A stretch of DNA of 28,344 nucleotides from Promethearchaeota archaeon (GTDB lineage: Archaea; Asgardarchaeota; Lokiarchaeia; Sigyniarchaeales; SOKP01), in NCBI GenBank assembly GCA_048938445.1, contig JBHLME010000055.1:1-28344 (forward strand), written 5' to 3'. Position 1 is the first letter of the stretch. Each line of letters begins with the position of its first letter. The position numbers were made by a program, and so were the translations under genes. Shown in pieces: positions 1 through 7,882 of this stretch. The notes beneath the pieces were generated by a model. That model was not told the origin of the DNA. It saw nothing but the letters and a program-made list of their open reading frames with translations, and did not search any database.

Positions 1-369
1 TAATGCTATTACTGCATTCTCCCTCAATTTATCATAATCATCCGATAATGCTTCGATTAAACCTAAAACCGCTTTCTCACTTTTGATGAGTCCTAATACT
101 TCAGCAACTTCTGCTTGGATTATCTTATTTTTCTCATACTTTAAAATTGAGAGTAATATTTCGACTGCTTCTTCTCCAAATGCAACCAATGCTTGTTTTA
201 CTCTTCGTCTAGATTCTTCATTCCCTTTTTTTAAGGATTTAATTAATTTTTTTATGCTCTTATTTTCAATCTTTCCTAATTTGATACGCTTTTCTATTAT
301 CGGTTCCTTAAAATCAGCAGAATGAGTCTTACCCTTAGTTTCCTTAATACTCTTATAACTTGAACTCAA
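1..369 (-). CDS. HEAT/PBS-lyase repeat protein, N-terminal part; runs off the window start and is not in the ORF track
   Basis: Manual translation from TTG at 369: MSSSYKSIKETKGK...KSIKKLIKSLKKGNEESRRRVKQALVAFGEEAVEILLSILKYEKNKIIQAEVAEVLGLIKSEKAVLGLIEALSDDYDKLRENAVIAL. The frame is open to position 1 and shows HEAT-type LIxxLxD...R..A..AL repeats. Confidence 0.85.
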   Translation of the reverse strand, partial: MSSSYKSIKETKGKTHSADFKEPIIEKRIKLGKIENKSIKKLIKSLKKGNEESRRRVKQALVAFGEEAVEILLSILKYEKNKIIQAEVAEVLGLIKSEKAVLGLIEALSDDYDKLRENAVIAL

Positions 370-496
370 CCTTCACAACCCAAATTTAAAAATTTGACTT
401 CGTTATATTGTTATTATTATACCAATCAATATAAATGTAATAATTTTATATTATTTATTTGTTAATTATAAAGAATTGTTTAATAAGGTGAAATAA

Positions 497-1360
497 GTGA
501 GATTAGGCGCTCATATGAGTGTTTCTGGTGGAAAATATATGGCTCTCATCCAAGGAAAAGAAATTGGTTGTGAATCAATACAAATATTTATAAGAAATGT
601 TCGCGGATGGACATCTGGACCATTAGAACAAAGTGAAATTGATCAATTTCTTGAAATGAGAAATAAAATTAATGATATATGGCCTATTTTATCTCACAAT
701 AGCTATTTAATTAATCTAGCAAGTCTAGATGAGGAGAAATTAAATAAGTCATATAACGCAATGATAGACGAGTTAAATAAAAGTAGTCTACTTAAAATTG
801 AATACGTTAATATCCATCCTGGAGTTATTCCTAAGAGCGATAAAGATAAAGTGACTAAAAAAGAAGCTTTACATCAAATTGGAAAAAAATTGAATGAACT
901 ATTTAAAGAAACTGGTAGTTCTAAAGTAAAGATTTTATTAGAAACAACCGCGGGACAAGGTAAAGGATTAGGTAATAAATTTCATCATTTTAAAACTATT
1001 ATTAATAAAATTAGTAATAAGAATAGAATAGGCATTTGTTTTGATACCTCTCATTCGTTCGCAGCTGGATATGATTTTACAACTAAAAATAATTATGAAG
1101 AAATGTGGAATGAATTTGAAGATATTATTGGACTGAAATATTTACATGCTTTCCATTTAAACGATAGTCTTAAAGAATTAGGTTCACGAGTTGATAGACA
1201 TGCACATATTGGAGAAGGTAAGATTGGAAAGAAACCATTTGGTTTTTTCGTTAATGATGAGAGATTTAAAGACTTACCTGGAATTTTGGAAACTCCTGAG
1301 GGAGATAAAATGTTTGAAGTTAATTTAAAAGTATTAAAATCACTTCGTAATAAAAAATAG
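497..1360 (+). CDS. nfo: Endonuclease IV (AP endonuclease family 2)
   Basis: GAHMSVSGG, HNSYLINLAS, HPG, LLETTAGQG, CFDTSHSFAAGY, HLNDS...DRHAHIGEG and ILETP motifs. AGGTGA RBS precedes the GTG start. Confidence 0.95.
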   Translation: MRLGAHMSVSGGKYMALIQGKEIGCESIQIFIRNVRGWTSGPLEQSEIDQFLEMRNKINDIWPILSHNSYLINLASLDEEKLNKSYNAMIDELNKSSLLKIEYVNIHPGVIPKSDKDKVTKKEALHQIGKKLNELFKETGSSKVKILLETTAGQGKGLGNKFHHFKTIINKISNKNRIGICFDTSHSFAAGYDFTTKNNYEEMWNEFEDIIGLKYLHAFHLNDSLKELGSRVDRHAHIGEGKIGKKPFGFFVNDERFKDLPGILETPEGDKMFEVNLKVLKSLRNKK

Positions 1361-1364
1361 GTTT

Positions 1365-1757
1365 TCATTCTAGTTCAAACCAAACGGGACTTTTATCACC
1401 TACAATACCATTGTAATTTACAGTTAATTCTTCTCCTTCTTCAATATTTCTGATTGCTAAATACTTAATAGTTTGGTTTTTATAATTATAAAGATATTTT
1501 ATATTTGGCTCATAAGAATGATTTATGAATTGACAAATACTCAATGCCAATGCATTCATGTAATTTGGTTTTTTAGGATCATCCCAAATGAAAATATAAT
1601 TATATAAAGAAGTGTCTTGAATCCTTTCATAATCATCATTAGAAATTAAAATTATATGAGCTATTTCGATAATCGTACCTTTTTTAATCTTTTGTTTCGC
1701 AAAAAGGCCTTTCCCTTTCTTTGGAGATATATATTTTACTTCTACCAATTTATTCAT
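1365..1757 (-). CDS. Stand-alone SET-domain protein (putative protein-lysine methyltransferase)
   Basis: KGKGLFA, FINHSYEPN and GEELTVNY SET motifs. No Cys-rich post-SET region. Confidence 0.9.
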   Translation of the reverse strand: MNKLVEVKYISPKKGKGLFAKQKIKKGTIIEIAHIILISNDDYERIQDTSLYNYIFIWDDPKKPNYMNALALSICQFINHSYEPNIKYLYNYKNQTIKYLAIRNIEEGEELTVNYNGIVGDKSPVWFELE

Positions 1758-1808
1758 ACAGATTCATCTCAATTTATTTATCATAAAGGAAAAAATATTG
1801 TAGTACTT

Positions 1809-3059
1809 TCAATTATCTCTGAATTTCTCCGGATTAACACATCTTCTCCATTGGTTGACTGTTTCTTTAGGACCTAATCCAATTAATAAATCTCCTTTTT
1901 CAAAGATAAAATCTGGTTTAAAGCTATATATCCATTTATCAGCTCTCTTCAAAGCAATAATATGAAATCCCCTTTTGTACCTACTGTCTTGTAAATCTTC
2001 ATAAGTTTTAAATTTAAAATAAGAATCTTCAGATAATGTTTCCCTTACTACTATTTCTGTTGTTTCTTTTATTGCTTCTTGAAGTATACGATGAGGTTTA
2101 AACCCACGTATTATATTCTCTGATATATGAGCAGCAGCATCAGCAATCAATTCACAACTGAATACAATTCTCATAATCCCTGTTAGATCTCTTGGATTTT
2201 TGATCAAATTTGCTAAATCCAATATATCTTTTTCAATGGCTATGTTTAGACCATCCATTAATTCTTCCATTTCTAAAACATCTTCTGCCAATTCAAAACT
2301 ATTAAAAAATAGAGCTGCTAATGTAAGTTCAATCATTGTTTCAGATATATCCGTAATTTGAATATAATTACGTTTCAATTCTTCTAATTTTTCATTTATT
2401 TCTGGATCTTCTGTATTAAAATCTAATTTTTTTTCTTCTCCCTCAAATTGAAATGAAAAAGGTTCTAAATCATAACACTTTTCCTTTAATACCTTTAAAG
2501 GTTTTATTTCTCCTTTTACTATAAGCCTGTCATCAAGAAAGATTGTTTCATCTCTATTAAAAATCCAATTATTATTTCTCCTAATCGCAATTAAATCAAC
2601 TCCATGTATTGATCTGAAATGTAAGTCTTTTCGATTTTTTCCTATAAATTCACATCCTTTTTTAACCCGAATTTTTACTATAGGTTCAGGTACAAAATCC
2701 CATAATAAATGTGTAAATTGAGGTATATCACTATTAATATATATAACACGAGCAATGTCGGATAATGCATCCGAAATTTTGTCAATAGAATAGCCCATAA
2801 CGACAATGGGCTCTAATTTTTTTGCTTGTTTAATGCCCCCTGCTTGAGTTTGGATTATTTGAAAATTTAAAAGGAATGTAAGTTCATGAATTCTTTGTTC
2901 TATTTTATATGTTTCATCTGCGATTTCTTTGCTACCAAATTTGATGGCACTATATGCTAAATCTATCATGAGATCAATATTTTGTTTCATTTCTCTCAAG
3001 ATATCTTTTAGCGAAAGCGGTTTGTATTTAAATTTCTTTCTTGTTTTTTTTTCAACCAT
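1809..3059 (-). CDS. Duplicated PhoU-like + TrkA-C (RCK_C) ion-transport regulatory protein
   Basis: Two PhoU-like helical units (LMIDLAYSAI...IDKISDA; TMIELTLAAL...CELIADAA), each followed by an RCK_C-like unit (DLIAIRRNNNWIF...DDRLIVKG; HIIALKRADKWIY...GDLLIGLG). Confidence 0.8.
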   Translation of the reverse strand: MVEKKTRKKFKYKPLSLKDILREMKQNIDLMIDLAYSAIKFGSKEIADETYKIEQRIHELTFLLNFQIIQTQAGGIKQAKKLEPIVVMGYSIDKISDALSDIARVIYINSDIPQFTHLLWDFVPEPIVKIRVKKGCEFIGKNRKDLHFRSIHGVDLIAIRRNNNWIFNRDETIFLDDRLIVKGEIKPLKVLKEKCYDLEPFSFQFEGEEKKLDFNTEDPEINEKLEELKRNYIQITDISETMIELTLAALFFNSFELAEDVLEMEELMDGLNIAIEKDILDLANLIKNPRDLTGIMRIVFSCELIADAAAHISENIIRGFKPHRILQEAIKETTEIVVRETLSEDSYFKFKTYEDLQDSRYKRGFHIIALKRADKWIYSFKPDFIFEKGDLLIGLGPKETVNQWRRCVNPEKFRDN

Positions 3060-3095
3060 TATGACCTTGTCACTCTAGTTTTTTATTTTACAATC

Positions 3096-3647
3096 TTATA
3101 TAAATATTTGGATAAAAATGATTAATATTAAAGGAGTTAAAAAGTCTGCAAGAGACGTTGTAAATGGTATGAGGAAATTATTTGGATCTTTCCCTCTTTT
3201 AAATAAATAGATCGCACAAATGAATAAAAGAAAAAATAATGAAATAAAGAGAATTAATATTGTAATGATAATAATTAAAATGATTATGATCGGCTCAACA
3301 ATAGTAATTCCAGTAGCAAATGCTATACAATGACCTAAAATAATTAAAAAAAGTAAACTCAAACCAACTGTAATTAATAATGCAATAAAATCTTCTTTTA
3401 ACTTATCTGAAAATTGAATTTTTGGTTGAAGAGAACCAATGAATAAATGTGTTGTTAAGCGTGATACCAGTATTGTTGAAATATCTCCAATTAGAGAATT
3501 CAACGAGGGGAGTAGTAACAATATGATTGGTATTGAGTAAAGAATTTCATCTCGAAATGATAATACTGATCCTGAGATTAATCCTATAAATGAAGAAATT
3601 AACACGATTATGATTGATTCTTTAACGATTTTTAAAAAATACTTCAT
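3096..3647 (-). CDS. MgtE/SLC41-type divalent cation transporter membrane domain (subunit 2)
   Basis: About five TM helices. LPSLNSLIGDISTILVSRLTTHL (PX6GN-like) and GKDPNNFLIPFTTSLADF motifs. Confidence 0.8.
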   Translation of the reverse strand: MKYFLKIVKESIIIVLISSFIGLISGSVLSFRDEILYSIPIILLLLPSLNSLIGDISTILVSRLTTHLFIGSLQPKIQFSDKLKEDFIALLITVGLSLLFLIILGHCIAFATGITIVEPIIIILIIIITILILFISLFFLLFICAIYLFKRGKDPNNFLIPFTTSLADFLTPLILIIFIQIFI

Positions 3648-4214
3648 TTAAGGAACACCTAATATTATTAATGTTAAATAGAAGCTAATCACAGTAAAAA
3701 AATCATCTATAGCTGTCATTATAGGATTAACTAAATTATTTGGGTCAATTCCATTTTTAAATGCAAAATAATTTAAAAGAGTAGAACAAGGAATCGAGAC
3801 CATTAAAGTAAAAAGAATTGTCATGATTGGAATTAAAATAAAATTGCCAATCGTTAATAATATTGTTTGTACTAATAAAAAATTTAAAATAATACTAATT
3901 AAACCGATAAGTAGGGCTGTTAATAAAGATAAACATATTGTTGCTAAAATATTTTCAATCCAACTACGTGTATTAAATTCTCCAATAATAAAGTCTCTAG
4001 AAGTCCTTGCAATGAAAGGACCACTAATATTCCCTCTTAAAGAAAGTAATGCTGGAATGATTAATATTAGAGAAACAAAACTATTGAACTTTAAAATTAA
4101 GAGAGATAATAGAGATCCTGCAAGCAAATCCCCAATAATCGATATGGTTTCTGAAGAGAAAGTTTCCTTAACGATTTTTCTTTTAGATGAATCTTGGGGT
4201 TCTTGTTGAACCAT
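3648..4214 (-). CDS. MgtE/SLC41-type divalent cation transporter membrane domain (subunit 1)
   Basis: IPALLSLRGNISG (PX6GN) and GIDPNNLVNPIMTAIDDF motifs. Its stop codon directly abuts the ATG of the next gene. Confidence 0.8.
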   Translation of the reverse strand: MVQQEPQDSSKRKIVKETFSSETISIIGDLLAGSLLSLLILKFNSFVSLILIIPALLSLRGNISGPFIARTSRDFIIGEFNTRSWIENILATICLSLLTALLIGLISIILNFLLVQTILLTIGNFILIPIMTILFTLMVSIPCSTLLNYFAFKNGIDPNNLVNPIMTAIDDFFTVISFYLTLIILGVP

Positions 4215-4356
4215 ATAGGTTGACCTCTTAAAGCTAATAAAAAAATAATAAGATCTACAAACATCTTTTTCTTAATAATTCTAATCTTCTACAATATTAA
4301 AATTTTCTTTATTAATAAACAATTAAATGCATTATAGAAAATTTAAATAATTCTAA

Positions 4357-6033
4357 CTATAAGAAGTTCATCCAATCTGGATTTATCTTATTTAAAGATA
4401 GTTCAACTTCTTTACGCACGTTCCAATCATCATCTCCTAAACTTTCAATAAGTGGCTTTAAAGCTTCTTCATTACCAATATCCCCAAGTGCTTTTATTGC
4501 AGATATTCGGAGCATTACATTGCTGTCCTTTAACATCATAAGTAGTGGCTCAATATTTTTTAAATCTTTAAGTTTACCTAATGCTTTTGCTGCCCAACCT
4601 TTCACGTAGGGATCTTCGTCATTTAAGCAAGGAATTAAAAGTTCAAGAGACTCATCATTCCCTATTTTTATTAAAAGATTTACAGCTGATCTCTTGGATT
4701 TCCAATCTTCATGATCTAAATATTCTTTTGCAATATTTATTACTTTTTCATTTGAAAATTTTGCTAAACTACTTGTTGCTGACTTTCTCACTCCGCTTTT
4801 AGTATCTTTTAATAAATTAAATAACGCTATGATTGAGTCTTCATCTTTAATGAATCCTAGTGTTCGAGCAACATATTTTCTTATCTGCCATTCTTTAGAA
4901 TTTAAGGCCATTAATAATTTCTTTTTTGCATTCTCGTGTTTTTTTGTGATTTTTATAATTGATGATACTGCTGCTCTTCTTATTCCAGAATTCTTACTAT
5001 TGAGTAAATTTATTAATACTTCTATAGAATCTGGTCTCGCAAGCATCCCCATTACTTTTGCTGCACCTCTTCTTACATTTATATTGCCTTTTTTTGCTAG
5101 GTTATGAACAACATTAAGAGAGGATAAATTATTTAATATTTTAGAAAGAGATTTAATAATTAATTTTTGAAGGCTATCGTCCTCCATTTTTAATAATTCA
5201 AACATTGGTTTTATTGCTTTTTCACTCTCAACAGATCCTAATACATTTATAACAGTCTCTTTTACTTCATTACTAGGATCATTTAGCATTTTAATAAGAA
5301 TATCAACATCTTCAGGATTAATTAAATTTTTTAATGCTTCTACAGCATTTTTTCTTACTATAATATTATCATCTTTTAAAAAATTAATTATATCTTCTTT
5401 AACTTCTTTGATTCCTATCTTCCCTAAAATTATTGGAATAGATTTGTTTATATTAACATTACCTTCATTTTTAAATTCAAGAATATCTTGAATATTTCCT
5501 TTTTTAGCTATTTTTACAATAAGATTTATTAAAAGGTCATGAATCTCTAAATTTCGAAATTTTAATTGTTCAAAGAGTGGATTTAAAGCTTTATTAGGTA
5601 AAATACCAACTTTACTCAAATAGATTATAGAGGTTTTTTTTATTTCAAGATCATTATCTTCCATTGCTTCAAGTAAAAAGTGAACCGCTTCTTCTTTTTT
5701 TATAGATCCCACGTTTTCTAAAATAGATTTTCTTACTTTCCAATCATTTTCATTATTATATTGTTCCATTAAAAATGTGAGGCCATCATTTTCATAATTT
5801 TTGACTAATAATTGAATTAAGTTAATCTTTGTTTTAGGATGAATTTCGTTTAAGTAAGCACTTTTTACTTGTATAAATTGACTAACATCATCATAATTTA
5901 ATAATAATTCAGCAGCTTTAGATCTTTCTTGCCATTCATTAGAAGTTAAGAGTATGGATAAAAGAGATTCAAATGCTTCTCGAGAATCCATAGTTTTAAT
6001 CTTTTCAAATAATTTTTCATTATAGGAACTCAT
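4357..6033 (-). CDS. HEAT/PBS-lyase repeat alpha-solenoid protein
   Basis: Many ~31-aa repeats over 558 aa, e.g. LKDDNIIVRKNAVEALK, LNDEDPYVKGWAAKALG, LGDDDWNVRKEV. Confidence 0.92.
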   Translation of the reverse strand: MSSYNEKLFEKIKTMDSREAFESLLSILLTSNEWQERSKAAELLLNYDDVSQFIQVKSAYLNEIHPKTKINLIQLLVKNYENDGLTFLMEQYNNENDWKVRKSILENVGSIKKEEAVHFLLEAMEDNDLEIKKTSIIYLSKVGILPNKALNPLFEQLKFRNLEIHDLLINLIVKIAKKGNIQDILEFKNEGNVNINKSIPIILGKIGIKEVKEDIINFLKDDNIIVRKNAVEALKNLINPEDVDILIKMLNDPSNEVKETVINVLGSVESEKAIKPMFELLKMEDDSLQKLIIKSLSKILNNLSSLNVVHNLAKKGNINVRRGAAKVMGMLARPDSIEVLINLLNSKNSGIRRAAVSSIIKITKKHENAKKKLLMALNSKEWQIRKYVARTLGFIKDEDSIIALFNLLKDTKSGVRKSATSSLAKFSNEKVINIAKEYLDHEDWKSKRSAVNLLIKIGNDESLELLIPCLNDEDPYVKGWAAKALGKLKDLKNIEPLLMMLKDSNVMLRISAIKALGDIGNEEALKPLIESLGDDDWNVRKEVELSLNKINPDWMNFL

Positions 6034-6091
6034 TTAACCAACCTGATATCAGATTTAATATGTACTACTACTTATCATAAGATACATGTAA

Positions 6092-6379
6092 CTAATGTTT
6101 ATTTATATTTGTAGAAAAGAGAAAAAGCTGTTTTTTGAAAAAACGATCAACAATATTAAATCTATCTAAAATAAAAGAAAAATTAGTTTTTTTAGTTCGA
6201 TCTACTATTAAAGTCCCTCTAACACTTACATCTTCAAGAGAAAATGCCTTAATAGATATTTCAATATGTTTCTTCGGAATTTTATAAATATTTTCGAGAA
6301 TATCTGTCATTTTTTTTACCATGCTCCTTTTTAAATTTAAGTCCAATGTTTTTAGACCATCTATTATTAAGCTTGGTAA
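6092..6379 (-). CDS. 4-oxalocrotonate tautomerase (DmpI)-like protein; non-canonical start or decaying pseudogene
   Basis: Extending the track ORF 11 codons upstream gives (L)PSLIIDGLKTLDLNLKRSMVKKMTDILENIYKIPKKHIEISIKAFSLEDVSVRGTLIVDR, which fits the 4-OT beta-alpha-beta pattern with Pro-1. The codon before Pro is TTA, and the one before that is an in-frame TAA. Confidence 0.6.
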   Translation of the reverse strand, partial: LPSLIIDGLKTLDLNLKRSMVKKMTDILENIYKIPKKHIEISIKAFSLEDVSVRGTLIVDRTKKTNFSFILDRFNIVDRFFKKQLFLFSTNINKH

Positions 6380-6470
6380 TTAAAATCCACTTACTTTTTT
6401 TAAAGAGTCTAATAAAAAATAAAAGAAAAGTAAAAAAATCATTAATCTCTTTAATAATATTAATTTTGTC

Positions 6471-6731
6471 TTAAGCACTAATTAGACGAAATATCATGTT
6501 TGAATGAGGAATTACGAATTGATCCTTGGTTTTGATGATTACGGTGTGGAAATATTCCGCCAGTCCAAGGAATCCACGTATAACGCTCTCATCTTCTTCA
6601 AACTTAAAGGTTACTGACACATTCGAAGATCCGACCGCAACTTTGTCATATACTCTTTCGTCAATTAGTGGGATTTTCAGCTCATTTACAATCTCATATA
6701 CTCTTTTTATGAAGAGTTCCTTTTTTGCGAT
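6471..6731 (-). CDS. Unannotated 86-aa hypothetical protein with a probable ATC start
   Basis: Open frame (I/M)AKKELFIKRVYEIVNELKIPLIDERVYDKVAVGSSNVSVTFKFEEDESVIRGFLGLAEYFHTVIIKTKDQFVIPHSNMIFRLISA*. AGGTGA lies 6 nt upstream of the ATC, and its TGA is an in-frame stop. GC is higher than in the flanks, and a T-rich tract follows the stop. Confidence 0.75.
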   Translation of the reverse strand: MAKKELFIKRVYEIVNELKIPLIDERVYDKVAVGSSNVSVTFKFEEDESVIRGFLGLAEYFHTVIIKTKDQFVIPHSNMIFRLISA

Positions 6732-6744
6732 GATTAATCACCTA

Positions 6745-7046
6745 TAATTAAATTTTTCTAAAATTTTATTATTATAAATGCCTCAAATTTTTTCTTGTTA
6801 AAAATTAATGAGTATAGTTATTATAAGAAGTAAAAATTATTTATATTTATTTTTTTACAATCTTTATAGGAAAGAACTATTCATTTATTTATATCAAAGA
6901 ATTTAAGAAGTAAGGAAAAAAACAAAATTATATAGTTTAAATACAAGATATTACAATAAAAATATAAATAAGAAATTATATTATAATTTTAAAATAGTAC
7001 TGTTTTAAACTAATATTCTATTTATTTTAAATACATTAGAGGAATA
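6745..7046. promoter_or_regulatory. Very AT-rich divergent intergenic region, probably holding the promoters of the 86-aa gene and the Pro-rich gene
   Basis: Lies between divergent starts and has several TATA-like tracts (e.g. TTTATATA-like, TTTAAATA). Exact boxes cannot be resolved. Confidence 0.4.
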
Positions 7047-7757
7047 GTGTTAAACTTGGTAACTAAAGAAGAAAAGAAATTAAATCGTGTTATAAATTTT
7101 GTAAAGAAGGGATTAGCAGGCTTAGCAGATGAACTTGAGGGTACTGTAAAAGCAATTAATGATTTCACAAAATCCTTGCAGAAAGCTCAAAAAGATTTAA
7201 AGGATGTTTCTGTTGATACCGAAGTCATGACAATAAGTACTTCCTCTAAAATGGTTGCTGGCAGAACAGAAACCGTAGCGAAAACAGCAGCGGCAAATAC
7301 ACTATTCTCTTTATTAAGTGGTAGTGAAGGTACTGCACAAGCTGGACCACAAATGACTGCTGCACCTACACCCCCTGTATCTGCAAGTGGTGGACCTCCA
7401 AAGGCTCCCGGTGGTGGACCTCCAAAAGCTCCCGGTGGTGGACCTCCAAAAGCTCCCGGTGGTGGACCTCCAATAGCTCCTGGTGGTGGACCTCCAAAAG
7501 CTCCCGGTGGTGGACCTCCGAAACGCGGTAATTTACCTCCAGCGCCTAAATTACCTCCTACAGGTGGTGGACCTCCAAAAGCTCCCGGTGGTGGACCCCC
7601 TTCTGCTCATGCTCGGCGTCCATCAGCTCCACCCGCGCCTCCTGGAGGAGGTGCTGCTTCGATAGCTCCAAAAGCGGGTGGTGGATTGAGCTCACTAAGA
7701 GATGAAATGTTGGATGAATTAACTCGGTTAAAGAAAATAATGCGCGGAGAATCGTAA
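7047..7757 (+). CDS. Pro/Gly-rich protein: N-terminal coiled coil, GGPPKAPG repeats and a C-terminal WH2/GAB-like motif; candidate actin regulator
   Basis: Residues ~5-55 are heptad-like. PPAPP lies shortly before the terminal GGGLSSLRDEMLDELTRLKKIMRGES. GAGG RBS precedes the GTG start. The gene is adjacent to an actin-family gene. Confidence 0.7.
   Translation: MLNLVTKEEKKLNRVINFVKKGLAGLADELEGTVKAINDFTKSLQKAQKDLKDVSVDTEVMTISTSSKMVAGRTETVAKTAAANTLFSLLSGSEGTAQAGPQMTAAPTPPVSASGGPPKAPGGGPPKAPGGGPPKAPGGGPPIAPGGGPPKAPGGGPPKRGNLPPAPKLPPTGGGPPKAPGGGPPSAHARRPSAPPAPPGGGAASIAPKAGGGLSSLRDEMLDELTRLKKIMRGES
7386..7601 (+). repeat. 24-bp coding tandem repeat (GGTGGACCTCCAAAAGCTCCCGGT; GGPPKAPG)
   Basis: Five near-identical units start at 7389, 7413, 7437, 7461 and 7485, with a partial unit at 7509. 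A further full unit lies at 7566-7589, followed by a partial one. Confidence 0.95.
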
Positions 7758-7882
7758 AATAGTAATTTTTTAATTTCTTTTTCTATCCTTTTAATTTTGT
7801 CTTATTTTATTTATTCCATAAACGTAAATTTAAATTACTTTTAGTAATAATTAAAATAAGAATAATATATTTTATGATATAG

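Noticed and set aside
83-325. 80-aa + strand ORF
   Set aside because: Antisense shadow of the HEAT-repeat gene at 1-369.
1365-1757. SET protein as an actin His73 methyltransferase (SETD3-like) for the nearby ARP
   Set aside because: It is a minimal prokaryotic-type SET about 6 kb away in another transcription unit, and the ARP has Asn at the His73-equivalent position.
6526-6747. 73-aa + strand ORF in the track
   Set aside because: No RBS and Ser-rich antisense character. The minus-strand frame has the RBS and protein-like composition.
7386-7601. 24-bp repeats as a CRISPR array or collagen-like region
   Set aside because: The units are head-to-tail with no spacers and lie in frame within a CDS. 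The period is 8 aa, not Gly-X-Y.
7483-7665. 60-aa alternate-frame ORF (VVDLQKLP repeats)
   Set aside because: By-product of the stop-free 24-bp repeat read in another frame.
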